DNA of 45,816 nt from a virus. Lineage: Duplodnaviria > Caudoviricetes. The position numbers were made by a program, and so were the translations under genes. The stretch lies in IMG/VR virus record IMGVR_UViG_3300032225_000723, positions 1 through 45,816 of that record, one strand, 5' to 3'. Positions 37,842 to 45,816 of this stretch are shown piece after piece (the first letter of the stretch is position 1; each line of letters begins with the position of its first letter). Below the pieces are notes generated by a model. It made no database searches, was not told the origin of the DNA, and was given only the letters and a program-made list of their open reading frames with translations.

Positions 37842-39970
37842 GTGTTACCCCTTCTACCGTCAGGACGAATGTCAATACGAGGAGCGCCTAATTGCCATTG
37901 GTCTCCAAGGTTGTTGTTTTCCACTTTAAATGCCATTTGTCTGCCACGTACCCGCACGTAGATTGTTCCTGTGAATTGTTCTACGTTAACTACAGAAGTT
38001 CTGGTAACCGTAGCATAGGCGCTGCCGCCTTGAGACAGAGGGTCGTTGTATCCAGAGCCTGAGTTTTGCAATGGGTACATAGTCATAGTGACATTAGGGT
38101 TTGCACTAGTAGACCCACGGAAAGTTAAGTCAGGAAGAATTCTCCAAACAAACCCAAAGTTATGCCCGTCATCAATGTCAAATTCAGACGAAACAATGTA
38201 GGAGTCAATTGCTGATTCAGGCAAAGTTGTGCCATCGTTGACCCCGTACTCGTGGTAAACAACGTTGTTGGCATAGGTTGCCGCTAATGGATAGTTACGC
38301 AATCCAGTATCTAGCCATGCGGTACGACCAAGATAACCGTAGTACCAAACTTGTTCTAAATAGTTGTAGATAACATAGGTATCAATGACTGTACTGCCCT
38401 CAGAACAATAATAAAACCACACCTCGTTAAAGCCTTCATTGGTACTGGCAAAAAACTGGGAGGCTTGGGATAGGTTGATATTGCCGTAAACAAATTGACG
38501 GAGGTCACAACTAAGCGTACTTACGCTACCGTCATAGCGATAGAACTTGTCTCGCCCCATCCAATACACAATGCCTGATGCCAAAGCCGTAGCGTTTTCG
38601 CCCACAATTGAGATGTTGTCTCCCAAAAGGGTTGAACCCCATACCGCTGGCGCTCCCAAATACTGCAAAGAATAAAGGGAAGAATCTGTCCAAACCAAAA
38701 TTTCCTGACGCACTTGCATCGCAGTTACGATAAGGGAGCCATGAGAAAGGCGCAGACTACCAGCCTGATTTGTAGCGGCAGGAGTCCACATTGTTATTGA
38801 CTCTTGGTCTGACCAGCGAATTAACATAGGGTCTTGTACCGCAGAACCATAGTCATTGCATCCAAACGCAAAGACAAAACGGGATACGTCAGAGATGGCA
38901 ATATAGTTTTGAATAGTAGGTACGTCAGAAGCGCCTACAATAGTAGAGATATTGACTCCAATACTGGTGACTCCGTTGGCAGCAGTCCAATAATAAATAC
39001 CACCACCACGAGGTCCAAACACCAAGTTTTCACCAAAGTTAGCCTGAGACCAAAGACGCAAGTCTTGGGCGGTAGTAGCGCTATTACCCCAAGAGCCAGA
39101 ACCCCATGCCCCAGAACCCCAGCCAGACAAAGGAACAGCAATATCAGTTCCCGTATCAATTTGGTATTGAGCCGTTACCGCACCGCCTTGAGAAGATGCA
39201 CTATTAGAAGCAGTGGTGGAAGCCGTAATGTCATAGGTATTGGCATCGATAACCGTCATCTGATACCAGCCAGTAATAGTCACCCCATAAAAAGTGCTTG
39301 TAGAGGTGAAATCTACAAAGTTTCCTGTAATTCCACCGTGAGAGGTGGCAGTTACCCTGATTCTTGTTGAACCAGAAAAGCATTGAAAAGGATTGGTTAG
39401 GGATACGGTATAGCGTATAGCGGTAATAGAAACTGTGCCACCACCAGCAGGGACGGTAGAAGTCGCAGCATCTGCTACGGTAATTTGAAAGGTGTTTAAA
39501 CCAATTCTGGTAACCGTAAATTGATTGTTAAAGTCGGCAGCAGGGATGCCTCCAACGGCAACAGTACATCCAGAGATTTGAACTACGTCTCCTGTATAGA
39601 GGTCAGAGCCAGCCCAAGTCACTACTACCGTCTTGAGTGTATTGGTTACCCCAAACGCATTGGTTAAAGTGGTTGAAGCCGTTGAATACTTTAAAGGCGT
39701 AATGTCGTAGTACAGACCACCGCTTTCAATGTAGTATTTGAGGTTTGTTCCTACAGCAAGGACGTTTAAACTTGCTAAAGTAATCCAGTTCCACAACGCA
39801 CGGCAGATTCCAAGAAAAGTTGAATTGGAAATCTGATACCAGCCGCCTACCTTCTCAGGTGTGCCTTGACGAAAACGAATTTTGTCACATTCATACCAAC
39901 CGCCCTCAGTTGTATAGCGGGTATTCTCCCGATTTACTCCAGATTTGAATATGATTTTCTTTAGCGGCAT
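37838..39970 (-). CDS. Tail stabilisation / head closure protein (P22 gp10-like beta-propeller)
   Basis: 710 aa; IRFRQGTPEKVGGW, IRWSDQE, NEVWFYY motifs. Confidence 0.7.
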   Translation of the reverse strand: MPLKKIIFKSGVNRENTRYTTEGGWYECDKIRFRQGTPEKVGGWYQISNSTFLGICRALWNWITLASLNVLAVGTNLKYYIESGGLYYDITPLKYSTASTTLTNAFGVTNTLKTVVVTWAGSDLYTGDVVQISGCTVAVGGIPAADFNNQFTVTRIGLNTFQITVADAATSTVPAGGGTVSITAIRYTVSLTNPFQCFSGSTRIRVTATSHGGITGNFVDFTSTSTFYGVTITGWYQMTVIDANTYDITASTTASNSASSQGGAVTAQYQIDTGTDIAVPLSGWGSGAWGSGSWGNSATTAQDLRLWSQANFGENLVFGPRGGGIYYWTAANGVTSIGVNISTIVGASDVPTIQNYIAISDVSRFVFAFGCNDYGSAVQDPMLIRWSDQESITMWTPAATNQAGSLRLSHGSLIVTAMQVRQEILVWTDSSLYSLQYLGAPAVWGSTLLGDNISIVGENATALASGIVYWMGRDKFYRYDGSVSTLSCDLRQFVYGNINLSQASQFFASTNEGFNEVWFYYCSEGSTVIDTYVIYNYLEQVWYYGYLGRTAWLDTGLRNYPLAATYANNVVYHEYGVNDGTTLPESAIDSYIVSSEFDIDDGHNFGFVWRILPDLTFRGSTSANPNVTMTMYPLQNSGSGYNDPLSQGGSAYATVTRTSVVNVEQFTGTIYVRVRGRQMAFKVENNNLGDQWQLGAPRIDIRPDGRRGNT

Positions 39971-39978
39971 ACATAACC

Positions 39979-40401
39979 TTATGTGTAGAGGGGTGTGCCA
40001 GCCTTCAATTGGGCAATTGTTAAACCTCCAGTGTACTGGAAGTGAGCAAACTCTTTAAATGATTTCCATTCAGCAGCCCATTCAAGTCCTGCTTCTTTGC
40101 CTAACTTACCCACTTCAGCCCAGACGGGTGCGGAAGTATCCCACTCAGGCTTTCCATTAACCAAAGGCACAACATCCACTGCACAGCGATAGTTATGATA
40201 AGAATCACCAGCATTAGCATTGGTGACAATTTTTCCCGTTGTCGTGCGTCCTTGGTTGTAAAGGGCGGCTTGAGACTCAAAGTCCCGATAAGTTGACGTA
40301 ACCAATAAATCAATATTGTTCTCCTTGCACAACTCAATAAACTTTTCCACACGCTCTTTGGTTTGTGGATTTAGTTCGTCTAGGCTTCTTGAATTAATCA
40401 T
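39979..40401 (-). CDS. Endolysin, M15 peptidase (L-Ala-D-Glu type)
   Basis: YRDFESQAALYNQGRT, SYHNYRCAVD, EFAHFQ. Confidence 0.9.
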   Translation of the reverse strand: MINSRSLDELNPQTKERVEKFIELCKENNIDLLVTSTYRDFESQAALYNQGRTTTGKIVTNANAGDSYHNYRCAVDVVPLVNGKPEWDTSAPVWAEVGKLGKEAGLEWAAEWKSFKEFAHFQYTGGLTIAQLKAGTPLYT

Positions 40402-40901
40402 TTACCCACCATTGGAGTGGAGTTAAAAAGCATTTGGTCTTTCTTCTGACTGCCAGCGGAAGACCCAAAATAAAACGCAATGATTCCTGTCCAAGCAGTA
40501 CCTAATGAGCCAAGCATAATCATTAGGGGCGTATTTCCAGTATCTGCGGGATGAACCATAAGATAGCCCAAAATACCAAAAAACCCGGCAGTAACAAGCA
40601 CACTAAGAACAGGAGGAATAACGCTCTGAGTAGAAGTTTGCATCTCTCTAGCACTTTTTCTATCCTCCACCGCCAGTTGCTCAAAGTTTAAACCTAGAGA
40701 TTGGGCTTGTTTTTGCAACTCAATTTCAGCAACTTTGACTTGGGCAATCTGTTCTGCTGACATCTTGCCACTGTCCATCATGTCTTTTGCGTCTTCTTGG
40801 CTAACGCCTAACGCTTTGGATACTGCGGAAACAGCAAGTCCTGCCAACGGACCGCCAAGTGCGGTGGCAATTGTTGGCGCAACTTGCTCTAACCAATTCA
40901 T
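40398..40901 (-). CDS. Holin (3TM family)
   Basis: APTIATALGGPLAG, DRKSAREMQ, two TM helices, FYFGSS; adjacent to endolysin. Confidence 0.75.
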   Translation of the reverse strand: MNWLEQVAPTIATALGGPLAGLAVSAVSKALGVSQEDAKDMMDSGKMSAEQIAQVKVAEIELQKQAQSLGLNFEQLAVEDRKSAREMQTSTQSVIPPVLSVLVTAGFFGILGYLMVHPADTGNTPLMIMLGSLGTAWTGIIAFYFGSSAGSQKKDQMLFNSTPMVGK

Positions 40902-40903
40902 AG

Positions 40904-41029
40904 TTACTCCGCTGGCTGTTGGTCTTTTATTTCTTTTTGCAATGCATCAATTAATTGGTACACCTCTTGGTAAGGACGTGAACCAAGATAACCAATTAGG
41001 GCGTTAAGAAGTTGGTCTGATAATTTCAT
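40904..41029 (-). CDS. Small conserved protein (41 aa)
   Basis: Hand-translated MKLSDQLLNALIGYLGSRPYQEVYQLIDAL... Confidence 0.7.
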   Translation of the reverse strand: MKLSDQLLNALIGYLGSRPYQEVYQLIDALQKEIKDQQPAE

Positions 41030-41301
41030 GTGGATTCTTGCTGTGCGGCATGTTCTGTTTCCCATTCAGCCTTTTTTTCAGCCAAAGATTTTATTGAAGC
41101 GGCATTAACAATATCTTCTTTTGTCCCAGAAATAGTTTCACCAGAAGCAGTAATACGTTCAATTTCTGCCGTTACAATTTCTTCAATTGCAATGCGGCAA
41201 CGTTCATGGATGGCATTGTCAATCCATTCTTGTGCTGAAACCGCTACAAACTTAAGCGCTTTGTCTTCGGCATCAGATAAAGTAATTGTATAAGTTACCA
41301 T
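41026..41301 (-). CDS. Small tail-fibre-associated protein
   Basis: 91 aa following a fibre module. Confidence 0.6.
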   Translation of the reverse strand: MVTYTITLSDAEDKALKFVAVSAQEWIDNAIHERCRIAIEEIVTAEIERITASGETISGTKEDIVNAASIKSLAEKKAEWETEHAAQQEST

Positions 41302-41306
41302 TTTTT

Positions 41307-41873
41307 TTAACCTATTAATCTAATTGACATATAGTGAGCGGCATTTGCACCAGCATAATATGTTCCGCTTGTTCTAAAATCTAAGTAATCTCCAGCAACT
41401 AAATATATTACAAATTGTGTATTTGAATTGGCGTAGTTAACAGAGTCTGAATTATTTTCTGTAACAACTGCGGTATTTTTTTCAGTAAAAGCAATCATTC
41501 TCCCAGTAGTTCCACTACCCATTAATGCCCATTGATAATAATAATATCCAGTAGTTGGAGCAGTGTATCTTGTTGCTCCAGAAGGACCGCCTGTAAGATT
41601 TAAACCTCCACCAACAGACCAATTGGTGGTTGGACCACTTACTTTAAAATAATTTGCGCCAACACTTGTTGGAGTGTATGAACTTATAAAAAATCCAACT
41701 TGATTTGGCATTGTTATGTAACCACTAGAAGCCAAGAGTGTTTGAGTTCCGTTTGTTGAAATCGCTACTTGGTTGGATGCTGGATAGTAAATACCCGTGC
41801 CTGTACCGCCAGTACTACCTGTTACGGCTGGCGCAGATACGCTACCGTCTGTTCCGTTTAGAACTAATGCCAT
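41307..41873 (-). CDS. Tail fibre module with C1q-like domain
   Basis: RYTAPTTGYYYY...YLVAGDYL C1q/TNF-like pattern. Confidence 0.65.
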   Translation of the reverse strand: MALVLNGTDGSVSAPAVTGSTGGTGTGIYYPASNQVAISTNGTQTLLASSGYITMPNQVGFFISSYTPTSVGANYFKVSGPTTNWSVGGGLNLTGGPSGATRYTAPTTGYYYYQWALMGSGTTGRMIAFTEKNTAVVTENNSDSVNYANSNTQFVIYLVAGDYLDFRTSGTYYAGANAAHYMSIRLIG

Positions 41874-42040
41874 TATGCTTCTCCTTCATCAGCAGGGAGT
41901 GGAGTGTTACCTTCTTCAAGCCATTTTAGGTAGGCTTGGTAGTCGGTGTTGCCTTCGGCAAAAGGAATAAAAGCCATGTCTGACAAACGTTGAACGCCAT
42001 TTGGTTGATTTGTTACATCATCAATTGTTATTTTGTACAT
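41873..42040 (-). CDS. Small tail fibre assembly-like protein (55 aa)
   Basis: Hand-translated ...AFIPFAEGNTDYQAYLKWLEEGNTPLPAD. Confidence 0.75.
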   Translation of the reverse strand: MYKITIDDVTNQPNGVQRLSDMAFIPFAEGNTDYQAYLKWLEEGNTPLPADEGEA

Positions 42041-42043
42041 TTT

Positions 42044-43177
42044 TTATAACTCCGCTGAACTGCCAAGATGAAATTGAACTGGTGCATAAACACTTTCAGA
42101 AGTGGCTAATAACATGTATCCAAACATGCCTTGGTCACCGTTATTTCCACCGCTGTTTATTGCAGAAACTGTTCTTGTTACTCCAGAACTATATTCATAC
42201 ACAGAGCCTGTTGCACCAGTTACAAAGTTGTAAATTGTTGTAGTTGGCGAAATACGCATTGGAACTGGAAAATTACAGTTAACAAACCAACTTCTAGTAG
42301 GGGAACTATTGTCAAAACAGTAAGCAGTTCTAGCATTTGGCGAAGACGCTGAACCCAATGCAGTACCAGCAGTATAAGTAGTAGAAAAATATCGTTGACA
42401 CAATAACAACTCAGTACCATACGAACGATAGTCAAAGCCAGTGGCTGATGAACCTACTTCTAATTGAACACCAGTAACATAAAAAGTTGCTCCGTTTGTA
42501 CTAACAACAGAAACACCACTAGATGCTGTGTATGAATTTCCTGCTTGCCATGCTCCTGTTGGAGTTCCAGTTGCAGTGTTATTTCCGAAACCAAGGTTTA
42601 TTTGAAAACCAGAACTTGTACCAGTGTATGGACCGCCTGTTGTATCGGCAGGAACCGCCAAAGTTATTTGTTGCCAAGTGTTTGCATTGGTGACTGTATA
42701 AGTAAATGGGAAAGACCTATTTTGTGCACCATTTTGAAGACCGCCAGCAAATGTTCCAGTAAGGCTTGAGTAAACCCAAAAACTAAGAGTCAACGGAGTT
42801 GCGTTTGCAGTTCCCCAGTTTGTACCAAGCAAATTATTTGCTTCAATACGCTGAAATAAAAAGAAATTATCTGTAACGAGAGTGTAAGCAGAGGTTGAAG
42901 TAATTCCTAAATAATTACTAAAACCAGCAGGGGGTGTTACGCCTCCTGCATTTTGTTGAAATGTAAATTTTGAAGCCGTTGTTGAAAATACAGCCCAACG
43001 GTCTAACAAATACACATTTCCAGATGCTGGAGTGACACTTGTAGTGCCGTTGTACTGACTAATTGTCATAGCCCCATTGATAACTTTGTTTTTAAAAGTT
43101 GAAGCATTACCAGCACCTAAGTTACTGTTTGCTACGCTTGTACCGACTACATCGGCATTAACCGTGCCATAAGCCAT
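42044..43177 (-). CDS. Tail fibre protein with carbohydrate-binding-like domain
   Basis: KNKVINGAM, DRW, GVQLEVGS.AT.F, ELLLCQRYF motifs. Confidence 0.75.
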   Translation of the reverse strand: MAYGTVNADVVGTSVANSNLGAGNASTFKNKVINGAMTISQYNGTTSVTPASGNVYLLDRWAVFSTTASKFTFQQNAGGVTPPAGFSNYLGITSTSAYTLVTDNFFLFQRIEANNLLGTNWGTANATPLTLSFWVYSSLTGTFAGGLQNGAQNRSFPFTYTVTNANTWQQITLAVPADTTGGPYTGTSSGFQINLGFGNNTATGTPTGAWQAGNSYTASSGVSVVSTNGATFYVTGVQLEVGSSATGFDYRSYGTELLLCQRYFSTTYTAGTALGSASSPNARTAYCFDNSSPTRSWFVNCNFPVPMRISPTTTIYNFVTGATGSVYEYSSGVTRTVSAINSGGNNGDQGMFGYMLLATSESVYAPVQFHLGSSAEL

Positions 43178-43178
43178 A

Positions 43179-43679
43179 TTACGCTCCTATTCCGTGATTG
43201 GCGAATGCGCCATGATATTTGTTTCTTGCTTCCATCGCTACTAACTCCGCTAGTTCTAGGTCGTCAAATACACCGATGTATTTTTTCTTGCTGTCCACCG
43301 TGATGTCAACTTGATATTTGCTGTTTGCTGTTTTCCATGAAACATTTTTAATTTGAGTCTTGTTTCTTTTCCTGAAAGAAGCATTTTGACCGTTCTCTTG
43401 ACGAGAACACGCCCTTAAATTTTCAATCTTGTTGTCTGCTCTGTTTCCATTGATATGGTCAATAAAATCAGGAACATAGCCGTGCATCATCAAAAACACC
43501 ACTCTGTGCATAGAATGTTTCTTGCCGTCAATGCTAACCTTGCCATAGCCTTCGCTATTGATTGTTCCAGCCTTGCTACCAACTTTAATTTTTGGCAATG
43601 GGCTTTTCTTATAGAACAGTTCTCCATCCCTGTATTCAAACAAAGACAGCAACTGCTCTTGAATCAAGCCGTATGCCAT
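43179..43679 (-). CDS. HNH homing endonuclease with AP2-like domain
   Basis: HRVVF...IDHINGNRADNKIENLR...YIGVFDDLELA...HGAFA. Confidence 0.92.
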   Translation of the reverse strand: MAYGLIQEQLLSLFEYRDGELFYKKSPLPKIKVGSKAGTINSEGYGKVSIDGKKHSMHRVVFLMMHGYVPDFIDHINGNRADNKIENLRACSRQENGQNASFRKRNKTQIKNVSWKTANSKYQVDITVDSKKKYIGVFDDLELAELVAMEARNKYHGAFANHGIGA

Positions 43680-43930
43680 TATTTGACTCCTGTGATTGCA
43701 GAGATTTCATCTGCCGTCAAACCAAGTTTTGACAATTTATCCATTGCAGATATTTTTGCTTCTTCTTTGGCTTGTTGTTTTGCAGTTTCAATATTTTCCA
43801 ATTCCAATGTTTTAGCATCAACGGAAGATTGGTCAATTTCTACTTTATTTCCTTCGGAGTCAAAAGCGCCAAACTCATCGTCAATTTTTACAACTTGAGG
43901 ATATAAAGAATATATGGCTAAGTGGTTCAT
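43679..43930 (-). CDS. Small tail-fibre-associated protein
   Basis: SAMDKLSKLGLTADEI C-terminus. Confidence 0.65.
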   Translation of the reverse strand: MNHLAIYSLYPQVVKIDDEFGAFDSEGNKVEIDQSSVDAKTLELENIETAKQQAKEEAKISAMDKLSKLGLTADEISAITGVK

Positions 43931-44490
43931 CCTGCAATCTCCATCAAAGTTATGTACGAATCAAATCCACTACCTATATATGAGCCGTTAAAATAAACAA
44001 GTGTTGAGCCGGGATAGGCAGTTATTTGCACTGTATAAGTAACGGCAGAAGTTGTAGCGGGGGAATCAAGAATTATTATATTGCCTGTTGCTGATTGAAT
44101 TTCAGAATTACTTGCAGTACCACAATGAGCGCCAACATATCCCGAAATTCGTGTTGCCCCTCTTTTTAAGCCTAACGAAGAGGCAGCATTTATTGTTGAG
44201 TTATATGCTGATTGATGCGTTGCAGTTACCATTACTAAAATTTTGTTTGATGTAGATGATGGCGTAATTGTTGCGGTAAGCGCAGTATCATAATAAGTGC
44301 CAAACGTAGCAGAAAACGATTGCCGTGTTGAGTAAACGCTTGTAACAACTTGCAATACTGCTCCTGTGCTGACATTGGTCAACATTGTTCCTGTTACGGC
44401 AGGAAGCGTAATAGTATTTGTACCCGCCACGTTAGGTGCGGATAGGGTAATTGCCCCGCTTGTGTTACCTGAAATGACAATTGAACTCAT
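43927..44490 (-). CDS. Tail fibre module
   Basis: VLQVV...ITPSSTSNKILV...DSPATTSAVTY...ITLMEIAG. Confidence 0.7.
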   Translation of the reverse strand: MSSIVISGNTSGAITLSAPNVAGTNTITLPAVTGTMLTNVSTGAVLQVVTSVYSTRQSFSATFGTYYDTALTATITPSSTSNKILVMVTATHQSAYNSTINAASSLGLKRGATRISGYVGAHCGTASNSEIQSATGNIIILDSPATTSAVTYTVQITAYPGSTLVYFNGSYIGSGFDSYITLMEIAG

Positions 44491-44502
44491 ATATTTTTCC
44501 TT

Positions 44503-45699
44503 TTAGAAAACAATCCAAGTTTGACCACTTGGCACTGTTACAGAACCGCCAGAAGCAATAGTGATTGGTCCAACACTTGAACCGTTATACCCTGTTGGGA
44601 ATGTGTAATTGCTAGAAATGATTGTGTAGTTGGTATTAATACAGTTATCTGCTGCTGCCCCGCCAATACCGCCCCATGATAGACCGTTATAACCTTCAAA
44701 ACTTACTGTCTCTGAATTGAAACGCAACATGCCAGATGTAGGTGCAGGACGTTGTGCAGTCGTACCCTTAGAGATTGTCAGTGCGCCTGTTGAGGAAAAC
44801 ACTGAATCTAGAGCAGCGTTTACACTGCCAGCCGTTGCATTAATGTTTCCTGCGGTAGCAACAATATTTCCAGCGGTTGCGGTAATGTTTCCTGTGGTTG
44901 CAGTAAATCCAGTTCCAGCAGTAATGCTTCCAGACAAACCTAAAGAATTTGACCACTGTGGAGCGCTAACCCCAGAGTTAACAGTCAATACTTGCCCAGC
45001 AGAACCAATATTTAAAAAAGTTGTGCTGTTGGTATTATTTTGATAAGGCAGTGAGCCAGTATTGCCACCCAACAAATTAGAGGCTGACAGGGTAGATTGC
45101 GCTGACCAGACGGGAGAAGTCCCATTGGATGTCAAAACATAGCCGTTTGTGCCAATGCCTAACTTGGTCATTGCCGTGCCACTGGCGTAATACATCAAAT
45201 CGCCAGCAGTAAAGGTGTTTAAACCAGTTCCACCACTGGTTGTCAGCAAAGCAGAAGTCAAAGTCAAAGAGCCAACATATGCTACGGGGAAGTAGTTGGA
45301 CGCTTGAACCACGTTAGTGGAATCCACATACACAGCGCACTTGTATCCATTAGGAACGGTAATGCCTGTTCCTGCCGCAGTTTTAACCAAAATGCTGGTT
45401 GCACTACTGAGGTTGTTCTCAATAATGTAGTTTTTATAAATTGTAGGAACAATCAGACTACGAGTAACCGTATTTGTGCCTGTGCAATTCAAATAGACAT
45501 TGCGGAAAGTCTGATTTGTAGTAGCGGCAACGGGGGTTAAAGTGACATCTGCGTCTGTAAACGCTACGTTCGCACGTCCAATAATGGCTTCTTCAAAAAC
45601 GTACTGGAAGTTATTGTTGGTCGAAGCACCCCAGATACCAGTTTGTTCACCAGTACCGATTAACTCGATGTATAAGCCAGACGTTGTATATGTTGACAT
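44503..45699 (-). CDS. Tail/fibre structural protein
   Basis: Thr/Gly/Ser-rich; GEQTGIWG, GTTAQRP...GMLRFN, GPITIASGGSVTVPSG. Confidence 0.7.
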   Translation of the reverse strand: MSTYTTSGLYIELIGTGEQTGIWGASTNNNFQYVFEEAIIGRANVAFTDADVTLTPVAATTNQTFRNVYLNCTGTNTVTRSLIVPTIYKNYIIENNLSSATSILVKTAAGTGITVPNGYKCAVYVDSTNVVQASNYFPVAYVGSLTLTSALLTTSGGTGLNTFTAGDLMYYASGTAMTKLGIGTNGYVLTSNGTSPVWSAQSTLSASNLLGGNTGSLPYQNNTNSTTFLNIGSAGQVLTVNSGVSAPQWSNSLGLSGSITAGTGFTATTGNITATAGNIVATAGNINATAGSVNAALDSVFSSTGALTISKGTTAQRPAPTSGMLRFNSETVSFEGYNGLSWGGIGGAAADNCINTNYTIISSNYTFPTGYNGSSVGPITIASGGSVTVPSGQTWIVF

Positions 45700-45816
45700 T
45701 TATGAGCCTACCTGAGTCCAAGTTTGGGGCAAATCCGTGTTTATCTGTGTCCAATTTGCAGTTTGGTCATCGTCAATGATAAACCAACCACCCGCTGCTG
45801 CATAGGCATTGAGCAC
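45700..45816 (-). CDS. C-terminus of an upstream structural gene (partial)
   Basis: ...GWFIIDDDQTANWTQINTDLPQTWTQVGS*. Confidence 0.6.
   Translation of the reverse strand: MLNAYAAAGGWFIIDDDQTANWTQINTDLPQTWTQVGS

Noticed and set aside
41026-45699. Diversity-generating retroelement acting on tail fibres
   Set aside because: No reverse transcriptase and no template/variable repeat pair seen in the window
1-45816. tRNA genes, integrase/att sites, alternative genetic code
   Set aside because: No cloverleaf or integrase recognised; long genes translate intact in the standard code and all three stop codons are used

Overview
This window is a 45.8 kb piece of a dsDNA tailed phage genome, probably podovirus-like because it has a P22 gp10-like tail stabilisation gene plus ejection proteins and no tape measure gene. 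The genome extends beyond the window: no major capsid gene is seen, and genes are cut at both ends. Layout: (1) minus-strand packaging block (terS, small genes including a LexA-type HTH, terL, portal; 1-6170); (2) about 900 bp of structured intergenic DNA, then a plus-strand early operon (SprT-like protease, MoxR/CbbQ AAA+ ATPase, split CobT/VWA, small ORFs; 7090-12722); (3) minus-strand primase-helicase, HNH and RusA; (4) plus-strand recombination/DNA metabolism operon (exonuclease, ERF, SSB-like, DNA methyltransferase, Ref nuclease; 15827-22536); (5) minus-strand virion/lysis operon (tail fibre modules, holin, M15 endolysin, tail stabilisation protein, ejection proteins including a 2550 aa polyvalent protein). 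Main findings: an ACP + ketosynthase + GNAT-like cassette coupled to ejection proteins that start Met-Gly (candidate phage protein lipidation system); about 40 copies of the palindrome GTTTAAAC where about 1 is expected; a candidate ~72 nt sRNA complementary to the phage's own GGAGGCTTAA ribosome-binding sites; a consensus chromosomal parS site; and a triple GTTC-N7 LexA box matching the phage's alpha-type LexA HTH. All calls come from manual motif reading; no database searches were run.
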